Shown piece by piece: positions 44,858 through 54,500 of a stretch of 55,493 nucleotides of DNA. Origin of the DNA: an uncultured Rickettsiales bacterium (GTDB lineage Bacteria > Myxococcota_A > UBA796 > UBA9615); NCBI GenBank assembly GCA_964492355.1, contig CAZBKF010000002.1, positions 1 through 55,493 on the forward strand, read 5' to 3'. The position numbers were made by a program, and so were the translations under genes. The notes beneath the pieces were generated by a model. The model saw nothing but the letters and a program-made list of their open reading frames with translations, was not told the origin of the DNA and ran no database searches. The first letter of the stretch is position 1; each line of letters starts with the position of its first letter.

Positions 44858-46099
44858 TCATGAGCCGCCGATCCCGGGGGTCGCCTGACCGACGCCGAGC
44901 CCTGCCCCGGGCAGCATCTGCACGGTCACGCGGGTGCCCGCGGGAAGCTCGCTCGCCTCCTCGGGCGTGGCGATCAGGCAGTCCGCCTTCAACATGGAGC
45001 TCAGGATCCCCGAGCCCTGGGCGCCGGTGGTGCTGACCGTGTACTGGCCTGCCTCGGAGTCCCACGAGAGCACGCCCCGGAACAGGATCAGGAAGCCTGC
45101 CCGCTTGCTCAGATCCTCCTGGAGGATGGCCGTGCGGGTCGGCAGGAACAGGTCGCGCCGCCCCTGGAGCTTCATCAGCGACGGCCTCACGTACTGATAG
45201 AAGGAGACCGTGCAGGACACCGGGTTCCCGGGCAGTCCGAACCACCAGGTCGTGCCCAGCTGGCCGAACGCGTTGGGCTTGCCGGGCCGGACCCGCACCT
45301 TCCAGAACTCCTGGCTGCCCCCGAGCTCGTCGATGGCTTCCTTCACGAAGTCGTACTCGCCGACGGACACCCCGCCGATCGTCAACAGCACGTCCGCGTG
45401 CTTGATGCCGTCCAGCGCGCGCCGCAGCGACTCCCGGTCGTCCCGGGCTACGCCCAGCATTCGGACCTCGGCGCCGGCTTCGGTGGCCGCGGCGGCCAGG
45501 GCGTGGGAGTTGCTGCTCCAGATGTGGCCTTCGGGCAGCGGGTCGCCGGGCTCGTGCACCTCGTTGCCGGTGGCAAGGATGGCGACCACGGGGCGGCGGG
45601 TCGCGTCCACCCAGGTCATGCCCTGGCCCGCGAGCATGCCGATCGCCGAGGCGGTCACGGAGTCGCCGGGGGACAGGATGAGGGAGCCCTCGTCGATGTC
45701 TTCGCCCCGGGGTCGCACGTTCGCGCCCAGGGTCCCGGGCTCGAGGATTCGCACGGTGTCACCAGTCCGCTCGGTGCGCTCCTGGGCCACGACCACGTCG
45801 GCCCCCGGCGGAACCGGCGCGCCCGTGAAGATCCGCGCCGCCTCCCCGGCCACGACGGTCTTCTCAGGTCGGCCCCCGGCGGGGATCACCTGGGTGACGC
45901 GCAGGGGTTCTCCCTGATCTGCGAAGCGGAGCGCGTACCCGTCCATGGCGGAGTTGTCCTCGGGCGGGAGCGCGTGGCGGGCCCGGACGGGGAGGGCGAC
46001 GATGCGACCCAGTGCGTCCTTCAGGGGCACTCGTTCGACCCCGAGGGCCTCGAGGCCGCCGAGGATCCGGTCCAGTGCTTCGGTGTAGCTGAGCAGCAC
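44858..46099 (-). CDS. moeA: Molybdopterin molybdenumtransferase
   Basis: GTG at 46099 is preceded by GGAGA 4 nt upstream. LLSYTEALDRIL..., NSAMDGYALR and the GGVSVGEYDF motifs are present. 413 aa. Upstream codons of the 500-aa track ORF would overlap the divergent gene. Confidence 0.85.
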   Translation of the reverse strand: MLLSYTEALDRILGGLEALGVERVPLKDALGRIVALPVRARHALPPEDNSAMDGYALRFADQGEPLRVTQVIPAGGRPEKTVVAGEAARIFTGAPVPPGADVVVAQERTERTGDTVRILEPGTLGANVRPRGEDIDEGSLILSPGDSVTASAIGMLAGQGMTWVDATRRPVVAILATGNEVHEPGDPLPEGHIWSSNSHALAAAATEAGAEVRMLGVARDDRESLRRALDGIKHADVLLTIGGVSVGEYDFVKEAIDELGGSQEFWKVRVRPGKPNAFGQLGTTWWFGLPGNPVSCTVSFYQYVRPSLMKLQGRRDLFLPTRTAILQEDLSKRAGFLILFRGVLSWDSEAGQYTVSTTGAQGSGILSSMLKADCLIATPEEASELPAGTRVTVQMLPGAGLGVGQATPGIGGS

Positions 46100-46175
46100 G
46101 ATGTCTCCAGGTTCTGGGTGGCGAAGAATAGACCCGTTTGCCTGTGTGGGATGGAGGCTGCGACAATGAGCGTCC

Positions 46176-47042
46176 GTGACGCTCCGCATCCTGTCGCTGA
46201 CCCTCCTCGTCGTCGCTCTCGCGCTCCCTGTCACGGTGCGCGCAGCGGGTTCGGCGGACATCGTGGTCAACGCGCTGGAGAACGTCGAGCCGGCTCGCCG
46301 GCAGGCGCGGTTCGATTTCGTCGTGCGTGAGCTGGCGATGAGCATCCTCAGCCCGCCCAACTACGCGGTCGCCGCCATGGGCCTGTACGAGGGCGAGGTG
46401 GCGTTCGACAACCGCGTCTCGTTCATCCACGTGGCTGCGTCGACGGGCGAGTCGAGCTCTCCCTGGCAGGAGCTGACGGAGAGCGGCGAGCCCAGCCAGG
46501 TCGTCTTCATGCCGTCCCTGACCGTGCGCAAGGGGCTGCCCTGGTCGTTCGAGGTGGGCGGTGACGTGGGCTGGGTCGGCGGAAGTCGCCAGTTCCTCGT
46601 CGGCGGCTTTGGACGCTGGGTGCCCTTCGGGAACTGGGAGAAGATGCCCGACGTCGGCGTCGGCCTGGGCTACCGGGGACTGATCGGCAACGACGAGCTC
46701 GAGCTCGGGGTCTTCCATCTCGATCTGAACATCGGCTACAGCTTCCGCATGAACAGCCGCGCGACCCGGCCGGGCACGAAGTTCTCGCCCTACGGCGGCT
46801 ACCAGTTCCTCCAGTCCCACGCGAAGCCGGGGGTCACGGTGGACCAGGTGAGCGCCGTCAGCGGCTGGGCCAACCGCGCCGCGACCGGGGTCGACCCCCG
46901 CGCCTTCATGTTCCACCGGGGCTTCATCGGGATGGAGGTGCGCAGCGGCTCCTTCGCGTTCCGCATCGCCGGCAGCGCGACGTTCCCCCGCAAGGCGCCG
47001 GTCGTCGCGGGCCTGGACGTCTCTATTGGGCTCAGGTTCTAG
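46176..47042 (+). CDS. Outer-membrane beta-barrel protein (unknown family)
   Basis: GTG start. Signal peptide MTLRILSLTLLVVALALPVTVRAAG. Alternating beta-strand pattern, with a C-terminal ...GLDVSIGLRF ending in Phe. Confidence 0.65.
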   Translation: MTLRILSLTLLVVALALPVTVRAAGSADIVVNALENVEPARRQARFDFVVRELAMSILSPPNYAVAAMGLYEGEVAFDNRVSFIHVAASTGESSSPWQELTESGEPSQVVFMPSLTVRKGLPWSFEVGGDVGWVGGSRQFLVGGFGRWVPFGNWEKMPDVGVGLGYRGLIGNDELELGVFHLDLNIGYSFRMNSRATRPGTKFSPYGGYQFLQSHAKPGVTVDQVSAVSGWANRAATGVDPRAFMFHRGFIGMEVRSGSFAFRIAGSATFPRKAPVVAGLDVSIGLRF

Positions 47043-47890
47043 GGAGCCGCCCCGGCGAACGGGTCGATCTCGTCCACGACCCGGAGCGCGACATCGGGGA
47101 AGTCCGTGATCAGCGCGTTGACCCGCAGTCGGATCAGCTCACGCATGCGCGACTCCTCGTTGACCGTCCAGGTGTTGACGGCGAGGCCGCGCAGATGAGC
47201 CTTGCGCACGAGGTCCTCGGTGACGACTCTGTGGGCCGGGTGGAGCGCGTACACCGACAGAAGGGGCGCGAGCCAGGGCCGACGCAACAGGCGATCGCGT
47301 AACCCCGTGCCTTCCGTGGGGTACACCAGGGAGAGCGGAACGGAGCTGTTCAGCTTCACGCGGAGCAGTGAGCCGGGGTTGAACGAGCTGACGATGCACT
47401 CCGAGGACAACGCCATCCGATCGATGAACGCCGCCAGCGCGGTCGCCGTGCCGTCACCCCGGGCCGAGTCCTCCTTGATCTCGATGTTCAGTCGCACCCG
47501 GTCCCGGAAGACCTCCACCACCTCTTGCAGCAGCGGGATGGGCTCCCCCGCGAACTCCTCGCTGAAGTGGGAGCCCACGTCGATCTTCTTCAGCTCGCTC
47601 CAGGACATCGTGGTGACGTCCTTCTTGATGCCCGCGACCCGCTCCAGGGTCCGGTCGTGAAAGACGATCAGCTCCCCCGTCGCGCAGCGGCGCACGTCCA
47701 GCTCGAACCACGGCACACCGAGGTCGGCGGCGTTCCGGAAGGCCGCCATGGTGTTCTCGGGAGCGAGCCCGGCGCCGCCCCGGTGGGCCTGGATCTGCAC
47801 GTAGGGGGCGCGCTTGGGCGCTGCCTTGGGGCTCGGCGTAGAGGCCCGGCCAGGCTTGCGCGGCGTCTCGGCGGGGGTGTGGGCGCTCAC
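47039..47890 (-). CDS. Glycerophosphodiester phosphodiesterase (GDPD family)
   Basis: IQAHRGGAGLAPENTMAAF, ELDV, and IVFHDRTLER are present. GTG at 47890 is the only start that retains the HRGG motif. The start is uncertain and would overlap the divergent gene start by 12 nt. Confidence 0.75.
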   Translation of the reverse strand: MSAHTPAETPRKPGRASTPSPKAAPKRAPYVQIQAHRGGAGLAPENTMAAFRNAADLGVPWFELDVRRCATGELIVFHDRTLERVAGIKKDVTTMSWSELKKIDVGSHFSEEFAGEPIPLLQEVVEVFRDRVRLNIEIKEDSARGDGTATALAAFIDRMALSSECIVSSFNPGSLLRVKLNSSVPLSLVYPTEGTGLRDRLLRRPWLAPLLSVYALHPAHRVVTEDLVRKAHLRGLAVNTWTVNEESRMRELIRLRVNALITDFPDVALRVVDEIDPFAGAAP

Positions 47891-50743
47891 GGGCCGCAAC
47901 CTAGCGTCATCGCGTTCCTCCTGGCGCTCGTGTCGGGCTTGCTGGTGCTCCCCGCGCTCGCCGACGAGGTGGATCCCGGCGCGACCTGGTCCGTGCACAT
48001 CGACGCCACCGTGTCTCCCGACGAGCGGCGGATCTTCGGCACCACCACCCTCACTCTCTGGAACCCGACCTCGTCTCCCCTGACCGAGGTCCGGTTTTTC
48101 CGCTACCCGGACCACTACGACGACCGACCGGCCCTGGACGACATCCTCTGGGAGCGGGTCTATCCAGGGGTCTGGGAGCCCGGGGTCATCACCATCGGGC
48201 CCGTGGTGGTGCGCGACGCCGAAGGCACCGAGGCCACGGTCGAGGCGACCGCCGCCGACGTGGGAGAGGTGCCGATCAGCCGGGTCGCGCTGCCGTCCCC
48301 GCTGCTCCCCGGGGGCACCGTCGAGGTGGAGATCCCGTTCGAGACCCTGGTCCCCAAGAAGTACGGCACCTTCGGCGAGTTCCGGGGCGTCCTGACCGCC
48401 AGCGGGGGATGGCACCCCATCCCCGTGGGGCTCTCCTCCGAGGGTGACTGGCTCCACGACAGCCTGCCGCCGCCCTCGGACTGGGACGTGCGGCTGACGG
48501 CGCCCCGCCGCTCCGGCCTGGTGCTGGGGGACGGGGTCCTGCCTCCGGTCTCGGGCTCCACGATCGGGTCCGGCGGCGGGCACGGGTGGGTCGGGGCCCG
48601 CTCCCATCGCACGGTTCGCCCCGACGCCTTCGTGCCCGACGCGGGGCACGAGCTGGCGGTGATCTCAGAGGATGGCGAGGCCCGCACGGTGCGCTACCAG
48701 GCGGCCGGCGAGCGGTTCGTGGGCCTGACCACTCGGGCTGGCTTTCACCAGCGGAACATCCCCCTGGTCGACGGCACCTCCGTCACGTTCGTCGGCAGGC
48801 CGCTGGGGCGGGCCCAGGTGCGCTGGCTGCGACAGGCCGCCGAGTCCGCGCGCCAGACCCTCTCGGAGCTGGGCGTGCACTCCGAGCCGGCGGGCCTGCT
48901 GCTCGTCGAGGCCCCCCTGCGCCGCAAGCTCGTGGAGCTCGGCGACCACGTCATCTACGTCTCCGATCGGTTCCTCGAGGTCGAGTTCCCCTTCTGGCGC
49001 TACCACGACACCCACCTCGCCCGGGCCATCATGGCCGTGGACCTGGAGCCGTCGGTGCTCGACCGAGAGCCGGCGGAGCAGGGCGACCTGACCCTGGGCG
49101 GAGTCTCCTGGGCCCTCGTCGAGGACTACCTGCGCACCCGCTGGCGCAACCACACCAACCTCAGGAGGCTGCTCGAGCGGTTCTCGTTCTTCCCCCAGGT
49201 GGAGTCCCTCCTGGAGACGCCGGCCTTCCCGTTCGCCGACCAGATCTTCGACAACCCCTGGATCGTCGATCCCCTCCGGGCCGACATCCGGCGCTTCAAC
49301 CGCCCCCTCCGCTCGGGGCGCGCCCTCTTTCTCCGGTTGGGAGACCGGACGGGCCCCGGCACACTGCGACAGACCGCCCTGCGCTACCTCCGGGCGGGTC
49401 CCCAGGATGTCCCCCGCCCCGACTTCCTGACCGCCCTGCACACCGCATCGGGGCTGGAGGTCCACGACTTCGCAGAGGCCTGGCGGGGACGGGCGCCCCG
49501 GGTCGACTTCTCCCTGGAGCAGGTCGAGCGGCGCCGCACCGAAGACGGCTTCCAGCGCACCATCGTCACCGTCCGACGGCGGGAGCTGGAGGGGGCTGCC
49601 CCCGACGAGGTGGTGGAGATCCGCCTGCGCCCGGGCCCCGGACGCAAGGGTCACGTCTGGCTTCGGTGGGACGGCCGGGACGAGGTGGCCACCTGGGATG
49701 TGATCACGAAGCGCCGGATGTCCGTCGTCGAGATCGATCCCCGGGGACGCCTGCTCGAGATGGACGAGCACGGCCTCAGCCTGAAGCAGGACAACCGCCT
49801 GCCCGTGCCCCTGAGGCTGAGCGGGTACGGGTACGCGGGCCTGTCGATCACGGGACAGGGCTTCGAGGCCTACGGGCTGCTCAACGTGCGCCCCCGGCAC
49901 AACGCCCGCAACCAGGTGAACGCCCGGGCCTTCACCAACGAGCAGGTCATCGCGGGCGGAGGCCTGACCTACGCCCACTACTTCGGCCCCCCTCGCTGGG
50001 GCCTGTCGCTGCGCCACCGGCTGGTCTTCACCACCAACGTGGTGTGGCTGAATCGCCGCTTTCGGGAGACTGAGGCGCCCCTGCTGGCGGAGGTGTCCGC
50101 GGGCTACGTGTACGAGAGCCGGTCCAACAGCTTCATGCCGAGCAAGGGGGGGCGCTTCTCGGTCCTGGCGACCGTCGGCAAGGACTTCGCCCTGGATCCC
50201 CAGGTCGATCGCCAGCTCCGGGACACGGCCTTCGTCGGCGTGGACGTCCAGGCGATTCGCCTCCTCCGCCTGCACCCCTTCCACGTCCTCGCCCTGAAGG
50301 CCAAGGCTGGCTTCGTGCTGGGGAACGTCGAGCACAGCCACTACCCGGTCGGGGGAAACCGGGATCTGCGGGGCATCCCCGAGTCGGAGCTGCTCTCCCC
50401 CGGGCGTGTCGCCGGGACGGTGGAGTGGCGCCACTTCTTCTTCAAGGACGCGGACCTGCCCAACGTGCTGCACCGCGTCCGGGCCCTGCAGGGCGCGTTC
50501 TTCGTGGAGGGGGCGGCGGCGGCTCGCAGCCTGTCCACGGCTCCGACGGTCGAGGATCTGCACGTCTCCATCGGCTACGGCTTCCGCTGGTTCATGGACT
50601 GGTTCGGGGTCCTTCCGGCAGCCTGGGGCATGGACTTCGCGTGGTCCCCGGGAGCTCCGAAGGGGCTGCTTCCCATCGGTCTGCCCGGAGACTGGCCGGA
50701 GGTCCCGTTCCAGGTGTACTTCGTCGGATCCCAGAGCTTCTGA
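47879..50743 (+). CDS. Large outer-membrane protein with C-terminal Omp85/D15 (bacterial surface antigen)-like barrel
   Basis: The signal-like segment VIAFLLALVSGLLVLPALA follows GTG 47879, but the start is uncertain. The long N-terminal region is of unknown function. The C-terminal ~300 aa show a beta-strand pattern (GGNRDLRGIPESE..., VSIGYGFRW) and end VYFVGSQSF. The upstream part of the 1072-aa track ORF overlaps the GDPD gene. Confidence 0.6.
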   Translation: MGAHGPQPSVIAFLLALVSGLLVLPALADEVDPGATWSVHIDATVSPDERRIFGTTTLTLWNPTSSPLTEVRFFRYPDHYDDRPALDDILWERVYPGVWEPGVITIGPVVVRDAEGTEATVEATAADVGEVPISRVALPSPLLPGGTVEVEIPFETLVPKKYGTFGEFRGVLTASGGWHPIPVGLSSEGDWLHDSLPPPSDWDVRLTAPRRSGLVLGDGVLPPVSGSTIGSGGGHGWVGARSHRTVRPDAFVPDAGHELAVISEDGEARTVRYQAAGERFVGLTTRAGFHQRNIPLVDGTSVTFVGRPLGRAQVRWLRQAAESARQTLSELGVHSEPAGLLLVEAPLRRKLVELGDHVIYVSDRFLEVEFPFWRYHDTHLARAIMAVDLEPSVLDREPAEQGDLTLGGVSWALVEDYLRTRWRNHTNLRRLLERFSFFPQVESLLETPAFPFADQIFDNPWIVDPLRADIRRFNRPLRSGRALFLRLGDRTGPGTLRQTALRYLRAGPQDVPRPDFLTALHTASGLEVHDFAEAWRGRAPRVDFSLEQVERRRTEDGFQRTIVTVRRRELEGAAPDEVVEIRLRPGPGRKGHVWLRWDGRDEVATWDVITKRRMSVVEIDPRGRLLEMDEHGLSLKQDNRLPVPLRLSGYGYAGLSITGQGFEAYGLLNVRPRHNARNQVNARAFTNEQVIAGGGLTYAHYFGPPRWGLSLRHRLVFTTNVVWLNRRFRETEAPLLAEVSAGYVYESRSNSFMPSKGGRFSVLATVGKDFALDPQVDRQLRDTAFVGVDVQAIRLLRLHPFHVLALKAKAGFVLGNVEHSHYPVGGNRDLRGIPESELLSPGRVAGTVEWRHFFFKDADLPNVLHRVRALQGAFFVEGAAAARSLSTAPTVEDLHVSIGYGFRWFMDWFGVLPAAWGMDFAWSPGAPKGLLPIGLPGDWPEVPFQVYFVGSQSF

Positions 50744-51345
50744 TGGCGCGCACGGTGCTCGCAGTGCTGGTCTGCTCGCTGCTCCTCGGGGCGGGCTGTG
50801 CGACGACGCGCGGGGCAAAGAAGAAGGAGGTCGACCCCCTGGACCAGGTGCTGGCCACCGCGGCGCAGCTGGTCGGCGAGACCTCGGTCATGGTGCAGGG
50901 ACGGTCCTTCCGGTCCGACTGCAGCGGCTTCGTGTGCGCCGCCTACCACGCGATCAACCTGGACCTGATCGATCCGGAGGCCCGGGGCCGATCGGGCACC
51001 GAGTTGCTCTATCGCACCTTTCAGAAGGAGGGGCGGATCCAGAGCGGGGCGGCGCTGAAGCGGGGTGACCTGCTGTTCTTCCACAACACGTGGGATCGAA
51101 ACGGCAACAAGCTGAGGGATGACAGGTTCACCCACGTCGGCCTGGTCGAGGCGGTCGAGCGCGATGGCCGGGCGACGTTCCTGCACTTTGCGTCGGGCCG
51201 GGTGAAGCGGGGCGTCCTCAACCTGAGACATCCCCACGTCTCCCGTGACCCGGACTCCGGCGTGGAGTGGAACTCGCACCTGCGGCGGGGAGCGGGGAAG
51301 ACCCTGACCGGGCAGCTGTTCTTCCGCTCGGCCCGACCGCTGTAA
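50743..51345 (+). CDS. NlpC/P60-family cell-wall hydrolase lipoprotein
   Basis: ATG at 50743 (TGATG overlap with the upstream stop). MARTVLAVLVCSLLLGAGC contains a lipobox. The catalytic Cys lies in RSDCSGFVCAAY and the His in FTHVGLV. Confidence 0.8.
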   Translation: MARTVLAVLVCSLLLGAGCATTRGAKKKEVDPLDQVLATAAQLVGETSVMVQGRSFRSDCSGFVCAAYHAINLDLIDPEARGRSGTELLYRTFQKEGRIQSGAALKRGDLLFFHNTWDRNGNKLRDDRFTHVGLVEAVERDGRATFLHFASGRVKRGVLNLRHPHVSRDPDSGVEWNSHLRRGAGKTLTGQLFFRSARPL

Positions 51346-51522
51346 AGGCTGGGCGCAGTGGGGCCTTCGTTGGATGCTCGTACTCCAAGGGCACCGATCC
51401 GCCTGGGGTGATTCAAGCCTCGAAGTGGATCCCCTGGGGTGGAGTGGGGTATGAGTGCTTCGATTCCCGCCTCGACCGGCGCCTTTCGGCTGGGGGAGTC
51501 GACGCTGTTAAATGAGGCGGGT

Positions 51523-51527
51523 GGAGG
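51523..51527 (+). promoter_or_regulatory. Shine-Dalgarno (GGAGG) 6 nt upstream of the ATG at 51534
   Basis: ggtGGAGGatactgATG. Confidence 0.6.
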
Positions 51528-51533
51528 ATACTG

Positions 51534-54500
51534 ATGCCGTCCTGTCTGCGTTCTACCCTCGCCACCATGGCGGGCCTCTTCATTCTCGCGCCTGCCGCTG
51601 CCCTCGCTCAGGGTGGCCCCGATGCCGGCGGACACATCTGGAACACCACGACGTACGACTTCGTGGTGCTCGACCCCGCGAGCAGCGGTTCCGGCACGGC
51701 GCTGGCGCTGACGACCTCGGACCAGGAGTTCGACGTCACGCTGCCCTGGCAGTTCGCGTTCTACGGGAACAGCTACTCGACCATCACCGTCGGTGAGAAC
51801 GGCGCCATCGCCATGGGCGGCGGGGCCAACCTCTTCAACGGAAACGGCTCGCTGCCCGACACGTCGACCGACTCGGCAGACATCGCCGTGTTCTGGGACA
51901 GCCTGGACGCGTGGGACAGCGGTGCGAGCGCTGCCGTCGGCGGCATCTTCACCTACGACGACACGGCGAACTCGCGCTTCATCGTCTCCTGGGAGAACGT
52001 CGGCTACAGCAGCGACAACACCCCGGGCGGTTCCTTCCAGGTGCACCTGATGGCTGACGGCACCATGTCGTTCCACTACGCGGACACCGACTTCGGTGGC
52101 TCCGGCGACTTCGGCGCGAGCGCCACCGTCGGCATCCAGGACTTCACCAACGGCACCGCCGATCAGGGCAACGCCCTGGAGATCTCGTACAACACGGCGA
52201 GCATCACCGACGGCGTCACCGCCTACGGCATCAGCTTCTGCGCCGACGGCGACGTGGACGGCTTCTACGACATCGCCTGCGGCGGCGACGACTGCGACGA
52301 CGCGGCGGCGGCGATCAACCCGGCCGCGGCCGAGACCTGCAACGACGGCATCGACCAGGACTGCAGCGGCGCCGACTCCCTGGACGACGTCGCCGCGGAC
52401 GGCGGCATCAACACCGACTGCGGCGGCGACGCCAGACACGAACTGGACGCGACGATCAACCCGCCCACCGCCGAGGTCTGCGACGACAGCATCGACAACG
52501 ACTGCGACGCGACCACGCCCGACATCTTCGACGCGGACGCGGACACCTACGACTGCGATGACGACTGTGACGACTCCGACGCCGCCGTGAACGCCGGCGC
52601 CACCGAGGTCTGCTCCGACGGCATCGACAACGACTGCGACGGCATCCCCCTGCTGTCCGACACGGACCTGGACGGCGACATCGCCATCGCGTGCGGCGGC
52701 ACCGACTGCGACGACTTCGACGCGTCCCTGAACACCCTGACGGACGCCGACGGCGACGGCTTCGACTCCTGCTCTGACTGCGACGACACGAGCGCCGTCT
52801 CGCTGCCCGGCGGCACCGAGGTCTGTGACGGCCTCGACAACGACTGCGACGGCATCGGCGCGGGCGTCGCCGAGTTCGGCGGCACGAACTCGACGAGCAT
52901 GTTCGGCCCCGGCTCGAACCGCGGCCGCGGTGGCATCTGGGCCATCACCTCGACCACCATCCTGAACAGCGTCGGCGCGCGCTTGGACGTGCCCGTCGGC
53001 TCCGACGTGGTCTTCGCGGTCTACGCGGGTCCCGCCACGGGCGTCGCGACCGGCCCCTCCGACTTCAGCCTGATGGCCACCGCCACCTACACCTCGGCGG
53101 CCGATGGCCTGATGGACCGCATGGTCGACATCGGCGTCACCCTGGACGCGGGCTTCGACTACGGCTTCATGTACTACTGGACCGACAGCGTCGGCTACGG
53201 CTACACGAGTGGGACCAGCTTCCCGATCGTGGCCCCGTTCGGCGGCCAGTACACCTCGGTCTTCGACTCGAGCAACAGCTCGCCCCCGGCCGTGGGCTCG
53301 GGCAGCACGAGCAGCACCCACTACTCGCTGATCCTCGGCGTGGGCGACGAGCTGGCCGACGCGGACGCGGATGGCGTCACGGCCTGTCTCGGTGACTGCA
53401 TCGACAGCGACGCCACGGTGAACCCGAGCGCCGTCGAGGTGTGCGACACCCTGGACAACAACTGCGACGGCAACACCGACGATGTCGACCTCGACATCGA
53501 CGGCGAGGTCGACGAGGCGTGCGGCGGCACCGACTGCAACGACGCGGACGCCGCGATCAACACCGCGGCCACCGAGGTCTGCGACGGCGTCGACGGCGAC
53601 TGCGACGGCCTCGACGACACGATGGACACGGACCTGGGCCCGCCGATCGTGGCGAACGCCCCCGAGACCCAGAGCAGCACCCCGGGCGCCGGGATCAGCG
53701 ACAGCAACCCGACCACGACGGACACCGTGACCTTCGCCACGGTGGGCGCGGTCACGGACATCAACGTGTCGGTGGACATCACCCACACCTGGGATGGGGA
53801 CATCGACATCGTCCTGACGGCGCCCTCCGGCAACTCGGTGACGCTGGCCGACCGGATCGGTGGCAGCGCGAACGACTACACGGGCACGACCTTCGACGAT
53901 GAGGCGACCGGCCCGATCACCGCGAGCTCCCCGCCGTACACGGGCACCTTCCAGCCCCAGAACGCCCTCAGCGCTCTCGACGGCGAGTCGGTCGCGGGTA
54001 CCTGGTCGCTGTCCATCACGGACTACGCGGGTGGCGACAACGGCACCCTGAACTCCTGGTCCGTGACCATCGAGTCCGGCTCGGGCGGCGCGGACATCGA
54101 CTTCGACGGCTTCATCGACAACTCGCTCTGCGCGACCATCGACGCCGACTGCGACGACACCGACGCCACGATCTACCCCGGCGCCCTGGAGATCTGCGGC
54201 GATTCGATCGACCAGGACTGTGACGGTGTGGACACCACGGGCGACGTGGACACCGACACGTACGCCTCGGTCGAGTGCGGTGGCACCGACTGCGACGACA
54301 ACAACATCCTCGTCTTCGACGGCTCGGACAACGACGGCGACTCGGCCCTGGGCTGCCAGGACGACTGCGACGACACCAACGCCGCGGTCGGCCCGTTCGC
54401 GACCGAGGTCTGCAGCGACGGCATCGACAACGACTGCGACGGCATCGCCTTCGAAGGCGCCGACGTCGACCTGGACGGCGAGACCGACTGCACCGACTGC

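Noticed and set aside
46100-46175. Moco riboswitch upstream of moeA, or a TPP riboswitch upstream of thiE (22551)
   Set aside because: The moeA leader is only 76 nt, which is too short for the ~130-nt Moco motif. thiE has no leader at all because it overlaps the preceding gene.
47525-47878. Upstream part of the 1072-aa ORF 47525-50743, and the upstream part of 47039-48649(-)
   Set aside because: The two extensions mutually overlap the divergent neighbour's coding sequence. The signal peptide and HRGG motif positions favour starts near 47879 and 47890.
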